Part shown: positions 1 to 11,692 of the stretch, in pieces | How the letters are laid out: each line of letters opens with the position of its first letter | Numbering within the stretch: the first letter of the stretch is position 1 | Assembly: GCA_038087875.1 (NCBI GenBank) | Contig: CM075979.1 | Coordinates: 86,614,001-86,678,000, forward strand | DNA: 64,000 bases | Reading direction: 5' to 3' | Origin: Malacoraja senta | Lineage: Eukaryota | Notes under the pieces: generated by a model | Told to the model about the DNA's origin: nothing | Databases searched by the model: none | Seen by the model: the letters and a program-made list of their open reading frames with translations, nothing else | Made by a program: the position numbers and the translations under genes

Positions 1-464
1 TATCCTAATAACTTCCAAGATTTACACAAATAACATAGAAAATACTTAATATCTTTGATCAGGTCATGAGTGAGTTCATTTATAATATTATGTAAAGTCG
101 ATCATTTAGAATTATTGGCTAAGATATTCTTGAACAAGTTCAAAAGGATGTTAACGTGGCGTTTTGTAAAGCTTGGACAAGTTTTAGGTGTCCAGGTGTG
201 AGGAATTTGTGGCCTTTAATAGTCACTGTCGTGTTAGAGTATTAGTTGTGAGATGAAAAGGATCTTGTACAAAGGGCTCTCCACTTAGACTGGCCAAAAC
301 AAATTGGCAAAAGTAGTGTGGACAACCAAATCATTCATGACCATATCTTGGGCAAATGTATCATGGATTCAACCAAGTACATAACATAGCCTGTGCTTGG
401 TTGGTTCTATGATATAGTTGTCTAAGAAACATCTTGTAGGTTTGCATGTTAGGTTAAAAAAAAT

Positions 465-620
465 GAAATGCCAGGGATACTCATCAGGCCAGGCAGCATC
501 TATGGAGAAATAGACAGTTAATATTTCAGTTCAGCAGAATTGTAAAGGTGGGAGAATAAGCATGTTGTAAATTCCAGAGAGTGCGAGGGGTAGAGAACAC
601 ATAGGGAATATCTGTGATAT
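465..620 (-). mobile_element. Old, diverged Penelope-like element (PLE) terminal fragment
   Basis: Degenerate match to the window's repeated motif (..actcagcgggtcaggcagcatctatggagagaa..); boundaries approximate. Confidence 0.45.
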
Positions 621-1745
621 ATGTATTTAGTGCCCAGTTTAAGGAAATGAACTCTTAAGATGTTTTCCCATCTTTGAAGCCCCCATAACCCTTCCAGGAG
701 TATTAAAGGCTTCAAAGAGAAAATTGAATAACCTCTAAAATATGCCAAACAAAGTGTCAAGAAACAACGATAATAAGATGCTTGCAACTCTGTTTAGAAG
801 ATAAATATCACTCCATATTTCCCTGCAGTAAGCTCTTATTTCATTACTGCAACAAATTAAACGAGTCTGCTTTCGATATTTCCTTGGCAATGAAAGCCAT
901 ATGCCTAAAAATTGATCTTTGGTTGGTAGTGCTAAATGTACTCTATAGAATCATGAGCACATTACATTGCCTCTGAAGTCTTTTCCTTTGAAGTCAATGG
1001 AATGAATTTCAGAGGACGAATGCAATATGCTGAATTGACAATGTAGCATGTTTATTGCTATCAATCAGTGAACTTTGTAGGCAATAGTGTGTTGCTTAAG
1101 TTATAACAAGGCCAATGCCTCATTGTACTTCTTAACTACTTGTCTCATTAGAGTTGCATTTGGTGCTCTTTCTGAGCTGTCAGTTATTTAACTCGTGGTA
1201 TTATCCAGATTTACTGGAAAACGTGTTACATCCACAAATTACAGCAGACTGATATTAAAATAGTCCTGGCAAGTCACAATAATAGAGATGGGGCTTCCAA
1301 TTTTGAAGAATGACTATTGCAAAAAAATGATGGGAGGGAAAGAAAAATCAGTGGTACAATTCAACTGTGAGTATGAGGATATGTGCACGTGATCCCAGTC
1401 CTAAATGCCTGTGATAGCAATGAGAAAGGGATTGGCTCAGATAAGGAGAAAGGGATTGGCTGAGGTAATCTACTACAATGTATTCTGGGAAACTGGGAAT
1501 GTTTCTTTGCCTTACTAACTTGCTTCGTTGACAAACTGCTTGGAGCAATGCAGCACCATCTGGAGGGAATGTTAAACAGCTGTGGTATATGCTTCTAATA
1601 GTCTTCATTTGCATTCATTCATGCCCTTCAGACAGGTCCCATCTTCCTGCTGCATAGGAACTCATTTGAAAAATCTCTGCCTGCTGTTTTGAAAGGGTAT
1701 TTCTTGCATCAGCCAATTCACCTTCCCCGAACATTGTTTCCCTGT

Positions 1746-1780
1746 GGTAGACAAAAATGCTGGAGAAACTCAGCGGGTGA
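1746..1780 (-). mobile_element. Short PLE-derived terminal fragment
   Basis: gtagacaaaaatgctggagaaactcagcgggtga is nearly identical to 11478-11511. Confidence 0.7.
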
Positions 1781-1884
1781 AACTGCTGGAGGGGTTACGT
1801 TGCTCTGCTCCGCCAAACTGCTGTTGCGATTTTAATCCCTCTGTCATCTCAGAACACAAGCTAAGGAAGGCAGGTATGACCTGC

Positions 1885-1954
1885 CATGAGTTGGTCTCAG
1901 AAACTGGGTGACAGTGAGCAGCATTATGACCTGCAGCCATAAGTCCAGTACCAT
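1885..1954 (-). CDS. Candidate signal-peptide coding exon of an unidentified secreted/membrane protein (MVLDLWLQVIMLLTVTQFLRPTH-G)
   Basis: ATG at 1954-1952 (context AAT ATG G); hydrophobic core; 70 coding nt ending in phase 1 at a possible GC donor (CATG|gcaggt); possible acceptor ttgttttaaag| at 2003-2002. No homology confirmed. Confidence 0.25.
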
Positions 1955-3211
1955 ATTTTGAATTGGAAAGAAAATCAGGCCTTTCAACTTTTTGTGGAAT
2001 ACTTTAAAACAAGGCAACACAGATTTCTGCATGTGTACATGCATGCACATATGCCCACTGCGGACGCACACACACGCCTCCCCCCTCCCCATCTATATCT
2101 TCACACACAGCTGTCAATCCTCTCCATATAATATTGCGTAAGTGAATAACTTTGAACAACAGATATTGGTCAGCAAAACCTTTGACAGAATTATTTTACC
2201 AATGTAATCAAATAATAACCAAATGTTGTAGGAAACAGCTTTACATTAAACATCGTGCACTGGCAAAAACATTTGGACATACTTGTCTAGATAGAATATT
2301 ACAAAAGATAAATAGACAACTTCAAATTACATGAATTTGTAAGAATTGCTTTTGGTCATGAAACTGTAAAATTAATGTGTCGTGCTCCTAACTACCATGC
2401 CAAGCAAACTATAAAAATATTTTAGTACTAGAGTGCGATTAAGTAAATGGTTCTCCCAAAGACTGCATGGATTTGATTTTATATGGCAGAATAGACCGAA
2501 TCTTTAGAAGGCAGCTGAATTAGTGAAGTAGCTTGTTGGTTGTAAAGCTCGCCACTCCTTCACAGACGATGTAGGTTTCCTTATCATACATACTACTGGC
2601 AACGAGAATCTTCCATCCTTGCTTTGGTGAGCAACATTTGCTATTCAATGATCCAGCGCGATTAGTTAGAATTAGTTAATTGGTACAGATCTTTGTCACC
2701 GATTCGAAACAGGAGTTGCCAGTCCAGAGAGCTGCAACCTACACTAAGATGTTAAGAATATAATTGTATTTTCTAGCCTATATCTCTCAGCTCTACACAA
2801 ATGTTACATTTAACAATTCTCTATTGTACTTTTTCGGCTGGAGAGGAAAGATTCCCAAATGTGTGCCGATTCCAACCTTAGTTCCGCATATTTGTTATTT
2901 CCCAAAATGTCAGGGATTCGCTGAATGTCCTTGCTTTTTTTCTGAGCTATCCCATCTTGGAACCATTGGAAATTCAAAGTAGTATGATGAAACAGCTAAG
3001 AAATAGAAGCTAAATATATAGGATGGAAAGGTTGCACAGAGTCACCTAGTGGTCAGAAAAATACCCGAGAAGTCTTTTGAAATTTTTTTTTAAAGAAACA
3101 GATATTTTGGAATGAAGATTGGTGAGTGGTGATCTGAAAAGACCACAACCCTGAACAATTATGTACCTCTGCTCTGTCTTAAAGCAGCTTACTACACATT
3201 GCAATCTCATT

Positions 3212-3400
3212 TTTACAAAAGGGGAACAGGTAGGATGGATGCACAGAATCTGTTATTCAGGCTCGGGGAATCAAAATCAAGAGGACATACATTTAAAGTG
3301 AGAGGGACAAGATTTAATACAAACCTGAGGGGCAACTTTTCACTCTTGGTCATCAAGGACGACTTGGTCTGAAGGGCCTGTTTCAGTTCCCTGTCGTCTA
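3212..3400 (+). mobile_element. CR1-type LINE 3' fragment
   Basis: gggaatcaaaatcaagaggacatacatttaaagtgagaggg..aggggcaactttttcact resembles the CR1 ORF2 C-terminus (TRGH..K) plus the gaagggcctgtttc tail. Confidence 0.7.
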
Positions 3401-3851
3401 ATCTTTTTAATCTCCTGCTCATTGTGAGAACCTTTGTAAAGCACTGAAAGAATTTCTTCGGTCTGAGGGTGACATAACAACCTTTGCTGTAGAGGTTATT
3501 GCCCCAAACCCAGAAATGTATATTTTCATGCCATATTTTAATAGTTGTTCAATGATTTACGGTAGACTCAAATGACGTATGGTTTCAGTAATTTTCCAAA
3601 GTCAACATAGTATGGCTTCAGTTCTCACTCAGACGAATATCTTGAATACACCGATGATGGTAACAGGAAATGGCATGTAATTGAACTTTAACAATGGTAC
3701 GCCAGTTCAATAAAAAATCAAGGCTTTTTGACAACCTAAGAATGCATGGTAACATGCAGATAAGGTAAAAGGCAGTGGGTATTACAAAATTAATTGTCAA
3801 GAGTGAAGTAAATGGAAGCACCAGCTAACAATGTAAATTCTTTCAATGTAA

Positions 3852-3952
3852 GATCTGAAGAAGGGTCTCGACCTGAAACATCACCCATTCCTTTCTCTCC
3901 TGAGATGCTGCCTGTCCCGCTGAAGTTACTCCAGTATTTTGTGTCTATCTTC
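3852..3952 (+). mobile_element. PLE-derived short element with hammerhead-like core (3855-3882)
   Basis: ctgaagaagggtctcgacctgaaacatc followed by the family body ending tgtgtctatctt. Confidence 0.8.
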
Positions 3953-4103
3953 AAAGTAAATTTGTATGCAGGTGATTGAGTATTACAACCCATGACTCCC
4001 ATTATTTGCTGCTGCAGTGATAATGACACGGCATTATGCAGTTATGAGAATAACAGTTCCACTTATCTGTCCAAGGCCCCATCCTAATTTGGTTAGTTCT
4101 GTA

Positions 4104-4147
4104 ACATGCATAGAAACATAGGTGCAGGAGTAGGCCATTCAGCCCTG
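4104..4147 (-). mobile_element. CR1 3' tail
   Basis: catagaaacataggtgcaggagtaggccattcagccct is the reverse of a CR1 3' stem-loop plus simple-repeat tail. Confidence 0.65.
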
Positions 4148-4184
4148 CAGGTCGAGAGAAGGGAGCAAGTGACAAATGAGTATG

Positions 4185-4306
4185 AAGGGTTTCGGCCCGA
4201 AACGTTGCCTATTTCCTTCGCTCCATAGATGCTGCTGCACCCGCTGAGTTTCTCCAGCATTTTTGTGTACCTTCGATTTTCCAGCATCTGCAGTTCCTTC
4301 TTTAAC
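4185..4306 (+). mobile_element. PLE-derived short element, 10-bp TSD
   Basis: aagggtttcggcccgaaacgtt...; flanked by aatgagtatg at 4175-4184 and 4307-4316. Confidence 0.85.
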
Positions 4307-5227
4307 AATGAGTATGGTCAGTGGCTTTAAGAAAGCTTTGCATACGTGCATGCAGCAGAACGTCCAGATCAGCATCTGCTCCTGGCTGAATCCAGAGAAG
4401 GCAGTCACCCATAATCAACGGAGTTAAGTGTACCAAAGTCAGGCTCTGCAAGTTATTCGTTACTGCGGTAAGCTTTCTTTCATATAATGCTGTAGAAAAT
4501 ATGATTTGTCTGCTTCAAAGGAACTTTTAAATGATTGTAGTTGTGGATTTGTAGGAACAGGATGGACAAATAAGCCTTTTTTTCCTTTCTATTATTCATT
4601 ATTTTTCAGGTCTGAATTGGTTTTTTTTTAAAACTTGAGTGTGGTATAAAAATTTGCCCAGAAGATCAGGGATTAAAACAAGCACTTCTGGAAAGAGATG
4701 TGGAGCGAGGTGAATCGGGCTTGATTGAGGTCAGTTCAGGGAGATAAAACAGGATGAGTAGTTACTTTGGTGAGGTCCCAGTAGGGTACACACCCCCCCC
4801 CCCATCCCCCCCCCCCTAAAAATCCAATAATAAATTGCAATTAATCCAAAATTAATTCCAGCCAATTTTGAAAAAGCTGCAATTGATGTTTTTACTAATG
4901 TGTGTTAAACAACAAAAATAAGAACTTCATTAGAAGGCAGCAAATAAGTTATATGGCCTTGGGTGTAGTGACACAATAGTGGCATATGAGTTTGTGATTA
5001 TGATGATTTTGCAAGGAAAACAATATGATGAGTATTGACTAACAATTAACAATTAACAGGTGGATTATAGCAATCCTATTTACTGGTTTCCAGAGTGTTC
5101 TAGGCTCGGAGCTCATTTACTTATCAGGCCTGTTATTGTAGAGACGAGTAGCATAAATTGAGCAAAGAGGGGGAACAAAAGACAAACAGCCAACATTGAA
5201 ACTCCAAAATAAGTTTATTTAAAGCTT

Positions 5228-5500
5228 AAAAAGACATAACGTGTTAGTGTAACTCAGCGGGTCAGACAACATCTCTGGAGAACATGGATAGATAATGTTT
5301 CAGATCGGCACCCTTTTGCAGACTGATGTGGGAGAGAAAGCTGGAAGAGACATGGGGTCAGGACAAAGCCCACAACAATCAGTCTGAAGAAAGGTCCCAA
5401 CCCAAAAGGTCAACAATCCATGTTCTACAAAGATGCTGCCTGATCCGCTGTGTCTTTGTGTCTTTTTTTGTAAACCAGCATCTACAGTTCCTTGTGTCTC
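5228..5500. mobile_element. PLE-derived element with inverted (fold-back) arms
   Basis: Minus-oriented arm at 5228-5325, then plus-oriented arm cagtctgaagaaaggtccc..cagttccttgtgtctc. Confidence 0.7.
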
Positions 5501-7081
5501 TTTATTTAAAACGTATTAATTAATGCATGCCTATAATAATTCTGATATTCACAACAATGGCATCTTTTTAATTTATTCCTATCAATCCATATTTCTGTGT
5601 CCTGCCAAAAGATAATCCTGAAATGTAAGTGCACAGAAGCAAGTTTTGTTTTATTCTAGTATTTCCAGCAAAGGGAAATAATTAAGCATTGCTAGTTGTG
5701 CAGGTGAAAGTCCAGCATCATTTAATATACTTTTTAAGGTGGTTTAAAAATGAAACTGCTTGCCATTAGCAGCTTCTCATTGTAAGTGTGCTAGTTGTTA
5801 GAGCTATCGCAGATTTGTTACACCTGTGCATTGTTGTAGCTGTGCCAAACCCGTATGGGAGATAGAGTTGTTATCAGAACATTTTTATTGCACCACAAAT
5901 GAACCCTGCATATTTTACAATAAAGTGGTTTGCATTGCTGGCTGCCAGGGTTGCAGAATGTACTGTACACCTGGTAATTACTCAGTAAACTAACAGCAGC
6001 ATACCAATAACCAGGAAGCTCAATTTTTCTAACTTGCCTTTATTTTCAAATTGATAACTTGCCTTCATTTTGAGATCAAGAACTGTGATCTGCAGAATTA
6101 GTGGCGAATTGAAGCATTTGAATACTTCTTTAAATCTAATGCAGGCCTTCCACTTGCAACAGATTTGATTATAACTTCTGCCATCTGTGTGAACCCGAAT
6201 TGCCACTCAAAAAATATCTTCATTGGAATGTCTGTGATTGTGCACAATAGAGTATGCACAACGAATCAGGGAGAATGAACCTTTTTCAAGAATTACTGAC
6301 ATTGTTTTATCTTTACCTATTAAATTCCACAGCAGTCTTAAAAAAATAAAAGACCATCAGAATCAAAGCTTTAACCATCTGGTGCCTGTCTGACAGGGAG
6401 TGGTAATCGCTCATTTAACACGGCTTCTAGTTTGTTTATGCTTGACACACCATCTAATCCCTGTACTTTGTCATGATCCCTTCACTATTTGCATAACCTT
6501 CCCTATCTGAAAGCTTTCCTTGTAGTGATAAGGGGCGTTTATTTCCCTTGTCCACTCAAGGATCAAAATGTAACTTTGGCGTTATCTCTTCCCACTCCAT
6601 TGCCATATCTTACCATTGTGTGCAGTGATCACCTTTCTGATAATTAACTGAATAAGAGGGCAAAGAAGAAGAATTAAATTATTATAAACAAATTATTGTT
6701 TTATTGTAAACTCACCAGCATAAAAAAAGAGTGAAACCTTTACAGTTGCATTCAGTTCTCTATCATATTTGCCAATGGCAAATTTGGAAAATTATATTTA
6801 CTACTTGAATTGAAATGATTTTTAAAAAAAAATTAAACAGGGACAGTGCATATTGATGAACATTTACATGTAAATATGCAAGATTATAGCCAATAGCTAA
6901 TTTCCATCTTTAGTCCTTTTTTACTTGGCTCATGTCTTTAGAAAGTTTCTTTTTTGTTTATGTTGTTATTACATTGTCTATGCTATCCATCAAATTTTAA
7001 AAAAAAAAGTTTTTCTTATACCAGGACTTTGTTTTTATTCTCCATTTTAAATTTTCTTCTTCTTCTTGCGAATGAAACATA

Positions 7082-8690
7082 CAGTGGCTTGCAAAGGTTT
7101 TCATACCCCTTGAACTTTTCCACATTTTGTCACGTTACAACCACAAACGTAAATGTATTTTATTGGGATTTTATGTGATAGACCAACACAAAGTGGTGCA
7201 TAATTGTGAAGTGGAAGGAAAATGATACATGGTTTTCAAATTTTTTTTACAAATAAAAAACTGAAAAGTGTCGCGTGCAAAAGTATTCAGCCCCGCTGAG
7301 TCAATACTTTGTAGAACCACCTTTCGCTTCAATTACAGCTGCAAGTCTTTTGGGGTATGTCTCTACCAGCTTTGCACATCTAGAGACTGACATTTTTGCC
7401 CATTCTTCTTTGCAAAATAGCTCAAGCTCAGTCAAATTGGATGGAGAGCATCTGTGAACAGCAATTGTCAAGTCTTGCCAGAGATTCTCAATTGGATTTA
7501 GGTCTGGACTTTGACTGGGCCATTTTAACACATGAATATGCTTTGATCTAAACCATTCCATTGTAGCTCTGGCTGTATGTTTAGGGTCGTTGTCCTGCTG
7601 GAAGGTGAACCTCCGCCCCAGTCTCAAGTCTTTTGCAGACTCTAACAGGTTTTCTTCCAAGATTGCCCTGTATTTGGCTCCATCCATCTTCCTATCAACT
7701 CTGACCAGCTTCCCTGTCCCTGCTGAAGAAAAGCATCCCCACAGCATGATGCTGCCACCACCATGTTTCACAGTGGGGATGGTGTGTTCAGGGTGATGTG
7801 CAGTGTTAGGTTTCCGCCACACATAGCGTTTTGCATTTAGGCCCAAAACTTCAATTTTGGTCTCATCTGACCAGAGCACCTTCCTCCACATGTTTGCTGT
7901 GTCCCCCACATGGCTTGTGGCAAACTGCAAACGGGACTTCTTATGGCTTTTTTTCAACAATGGCTTTCTTCTTGCCACTCTTCCATAAAGGCCCGATTTG
8001 TGGAGTGCACGACTAATAGTTGTCCTGTGGACAGATTCTCCCACTTCAGCTGTGGATCTCTACAGCTCCTCCAGAGTTCCCATGGGCCTCTTGGCTGCTT
8101 CTCTGATCAATGCTCTCCTTGCCTGGCCTGTCAGTTTAGGTGGACGGCCATGTCTTGGTAGGTTTGCAGTTGTGCCATACTCTTTCCATTTTTGGATGAT
8201 GGATTGAACAGTGCTCCGTGAGATATTCAAAGCTTGGGATATTTGTTTATAACCTAACCCTGCTTTAAACTTCTCCACAACTTTATCCCCGACCTGTCTG
8301 GTGTGTTCCTTGATGCTGTTTGTTCACTAATGTTCTCTAACAAACCTCTGAGGCCTTCACGGAACAGCTGTATTTATACTGAGATTAGATTACACACAAG
8401 TGGACTCTATTTACTAATTAGGTGACTTCTGAAGGCAATTGGTTGCACTGGATTGTATTTAGGGGTATCAGAGTAAAGGGGGCTGAATACTTTTGCACGC
8501 GACACTTTTCAGTTTTTTATTTGTAAAAAAATTTGAAAACCATGTATCATTTTCCTTCCACTTCACAATTATGCGCCACTTTGTGTTGGTCTATCACATA
8601 AAATCCCAATAAAATACATTTATGTTCGTGGTTGTAACGTGACAAAATGTGGAAAAGTTCAAGGGGTATGAATACTTTTGCAAGCCACTG
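7082..8690 (-). mobile_element. Tc1/mariner DNA transposon, Passport-like (copy 1)
   Basis: ~213-bp TIRs beginning CAGTGGCTTGCAAA with inner/outer direct repeats (gcaaaagtattca); TA duplication at 7080-7081 and 8691-8692; 1609 bp. Confidence 0.97.
7301..8311 (-). pseudogene. DD34E Tc1 transposase pseudogene
   Basis: WSDETK / QQDNDPKH / [11 protein letters not shown] motifs and GRPPKL linker. A 9-nt deletion removes ATG-AAG-CCC relative to the other copies; CAG>TAG at 8060-8062. Confidence 0.95.
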
Positions 8691-9077
8691 TAAACCAAAG
8701 GAATAGTTAGATCTCAGCCAGGTTGTTGTCTCTGCCTCAATGCCTGCCAGGCCCTGAGCTCCATTTGGTGGGTGGTAGAGCGGGCACCCAGAGATGACAT
8801 GGTTGGCTGTCTGTTGTTCTGCTCCGCATTCACAGGCTGGGCTCTGGCGGAGCCCCCATCTCCACACGCTGGCATTGAAACGCCCAACTCTGTTGAGCTT
8901 CACCCATGCTCCTCTGGGGATGTCAGACCCTGGACAGCTTTTATCTGGTGAAGAGATGTAGCTGTGTAATGGAGATGAGGTTGCCTTCCACTCCTGTGAC
9001 CATTTTAAATCTTGCCAGTCCTCAAGTTGGTGGTAGACACAAGAAACTGCAGATGCTGGACCTCACTTTCTGAGAAC

Positions 9078-9960
9078 AGAGAAGAATACAGGACGGGAAC
9101 AGGCCCTTCAGCTTACAATGTCCATGTCGAACAAGATGCCATGTTAATCTAACCTTATAAAGCCATAAGTGATAGGAGCAGAATTAGGCCATTCGGCCCC
9201 TCTACGCCATTCAATCATGGCTGATCTATCTCTCCCTCCGGACCCCATTCTCCTGCCTTCTCCTCATAACCCTTGACACTCGTACTAATCAAGAATCTAT
9301 CTATCTCTGCCTTATAAATATCAATTGACGGCCTCCACAGCCTTCTGTGGCAAAGAATTCCACAGATTCACCACCCTCTGACTAAAGAAATTCCTCCCCA
9401 TCTAATTCCTAAAGGAATGTCCTTTAATTCTGAGGCCATGACCTCTGGTCCCAGACTCTCCCACTAGTGGTCACATCCTCTCCATATCCACTCTATCCAA
9501 GCCTTTCACGATTCGATAAGTTTCAATGAGGTGCCCCCTCATCCTTCTAAACTCCAGCGAGTACAGGCCTAGTGCTGTCAAACGCTCATCATATGTTATC
9601 CCACTCATTCCTGGGATTATTCTTGTAAACCTCCTCTGGACCCTCTCCCGAGCCAGCACATCCTTCCTCAGATATAGTGTCCTCTGCCTGCATGTGATCC
9701 ATATCCCTCCATTTCCTGCATATCCATGTGCCTATCTAAAAGCCTCGTAAACAGCAGTATTGTATCTGCCACCTCCACCACTGCTCCGAGCATCGCACAT
9801 GCCACTCTCCGTGCAAAACAAATTTGTCCCATTCATCTTCTTTAAACTTTGCCCCTCACGCCTTAAAGCTGTGCCCTCAAGTCTTTGACATTTTCACCTT
9901 GGGGATAAAGGTTCTGACTGTCTACCACATCTATGGATCTCATAATTTATATACTACTTG
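9078..9960 (-). mobile_element. Older CR1 3' fragment interrupted by a younger CR1 3' fragment (~9157-9676)
   Basis: ORF 9471-9659 (ERVQRRFTRIIPGMSGITYDERLTALGLYSLEFRRMRGHLIETY) is the CR1 ORF2 C-terminus; two separate 3' tails present. Confidence 0.85.
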
Positions 9961-10264
9961 CACTCCTATCTTATCCTGCTCAGTGCTCTTCTAACCTTTT
10001 GAGCTATTCTAAATTGTTGTTTCTCTTTTCATAAATTACTCCAATAATTCACCTTCAAGTTAGTTATTATAATCTAATTGTTCAAAATATATTTGCATTT
10101 TTCAGCCAGTACAGATGGTGATCACATCAACACTTGCCCTGAAGGTTTCTTTGAATAAGTTAACTGCCATTGAGTTTCCACTAGGGTTTGGAATGGGCAC
10201 CACAAGTTCTGCCTGAAATGGGCAAGAGCCTTGTAAAAAGGTAGTAATTGTAGAAAATATTTTA

Positions 10265-10470
10265 TTAATTTACAAGTTGTAGGCATTCCTGCTAAGGTCA
10301 GCCTTTAATGCCCAGGAGAAGGTAATAGTGAGCCACTCAGTCAGTATTTTTTTCTTCATTCAAGCAATATGGGCTTCGCGGCCTGAGCCAGCATTTAATT
10401 GCCCATCCCTGATTGTCCTTGAGAAGGTATGGTGAGTTGCCTTCTTAAAATGCTGAAGTTGTTGAGGTAA
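10265..10470 (-). mobile_element. Two degraded LINE 3'-end copies
   Basis: Two related blocks ..cagc(c/a)tttaat(t)gccca..gagaaggt..gtgag. Confidence 0.5.
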
Positions 10471-10534
10471 GGGAGAGGGTGTAGTTCAACCCAAAGTGTA
10501 GCCTTACCCCTTTTGCCTTCATAGATGCTGCTTG

Positions 10535-10692
10535 AAGTCAAACCAGGGTAGGACCTACTCAGTAAATGGCAGGTCTCTGGGGAGTGTTATAGAACATAGG
10601 TATCTTGGAGTGCAGGTACATAGTTCCATTAAAGTGGCATCACAGGGAGAAAGCATGGTCAAAATATTTTGTGCTGTATGACTCCACGACTC
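10535..10692 (+). mobile_element. CR1 fragment
   Basis: agtcaaaccagggtaggacctactcagtaaatggcagg..cttggagtgcaggtacatagttccattaaagtggcatcacag (DLGV-like region). Confidence 0.7.
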
Positions 10693-11442
10693 TACTTCCC
10701 TGTCTTCATAATATCTATATTGTTTTCTCTTATTTTGAACTCTGTCTCTAGCTCATACTATTCCCAACCTTCCTCTCTTTCATATTGTCTAATCCCATCC
10801 ACCAACTCCAGATTCATGAGCTCTCCCTCTTGTTGACTGCTTCAACATTTAGTTATCACTCTAGCTCCAGCAGTCTGTGGAACAATTTCTTTCCTAGTTT
10901 GACATAGTGTGTTTGATGTAATTCCATGATCCTGATCTTCCTTTGGGAAACGGTGTTGGGTCACATGTTCCTCGTGAGCATGTTTTCATTGTTCGTATGG
11001 AATTGTGGGATTCACCTTGTAAAGAATATTTACTTATTGCAGTATAAAAAGGGCAAAGAAAATAAATATTTCCCCTTCATGTTTTATCTGCATGGGGGTG
11101 AAAAATGACCTGCAATGCATTTTCACTTAACTTGGCTTTGAGAAATCCAGCAAGATTAACTTCGCAGACCCGAAGCTTGGAGCTGCCAAGTTGCACAATT
11201 AATCTCCAAAAGATTACTGTTAGAAATTCTGAGGTGGCCACCACCATGTTGTTCTTTACAAAGTCATCATTAAAGTACGTTAACTTAATTCATGGACAAT
11301 TAGGATGTCTCTGTTAAGCAGCAGTATTTATTATACTCTGCAATGTCAGTCATTTATTCTTATGTGCATTAGAACAATATCTGCTCAATTGTTTTAAGAA
11401 CATTTTAATAGTCTACCGGTCAAGTAATTAAAAAATAAGATA

Positions 11443-11692
11443 TTTAAGAAAGAACTTTAGTTGCCGAAAAATCGAAGGTAGACAAAAATGCTGGAAAAAC
11501 TCAGCGGGTGAAGCAGCATCTATGGAGAGAAGGAATAGGCGACGTTTCGGGTCGAGACCCTACAGACAGATGTCGGGGCGGGCGGGAAAAAGGAAAAGGT
11601 GGAGACAGTAGGCTTGTGGGAGAGCTGGGAAGGAGAGGGGAAGGAGGGAGAAAGCAAGGACTGTCTGAAATTGGAGAAGTCAATGTTCATAC
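11443..11692 (-). mobile_element. PLE 3' end: last codons of ORF plus terminal repeat, 9-bp TSD
   Basis: Minus strand reads MNIDFSNFR (PLE ORF C-terminus-like), then a pyrimidine tract and the family body; aataagata at 11434-11442 and 11693-11701. Confidence 0.8.

Larger units (their letters stand above)
7053..8999 (-). mobile_element. 5'-truncated Vingi/Ingi-like LINE (3' end), interrupted by a Tc1 element
   Basis: 8693-8999 encodes WVKLNR-VGRFNASVWRWGLRQSPACECGAEQQTANHVISGCPLYHPPNG (C-x-C..H..C knuckle). Its (AAG)n tail lies on the other side of the Tc1 at ~7054-7070. Direct repeat ccattttaaat at 7042-7052 and 9000-9010. Confidence 0.75.
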
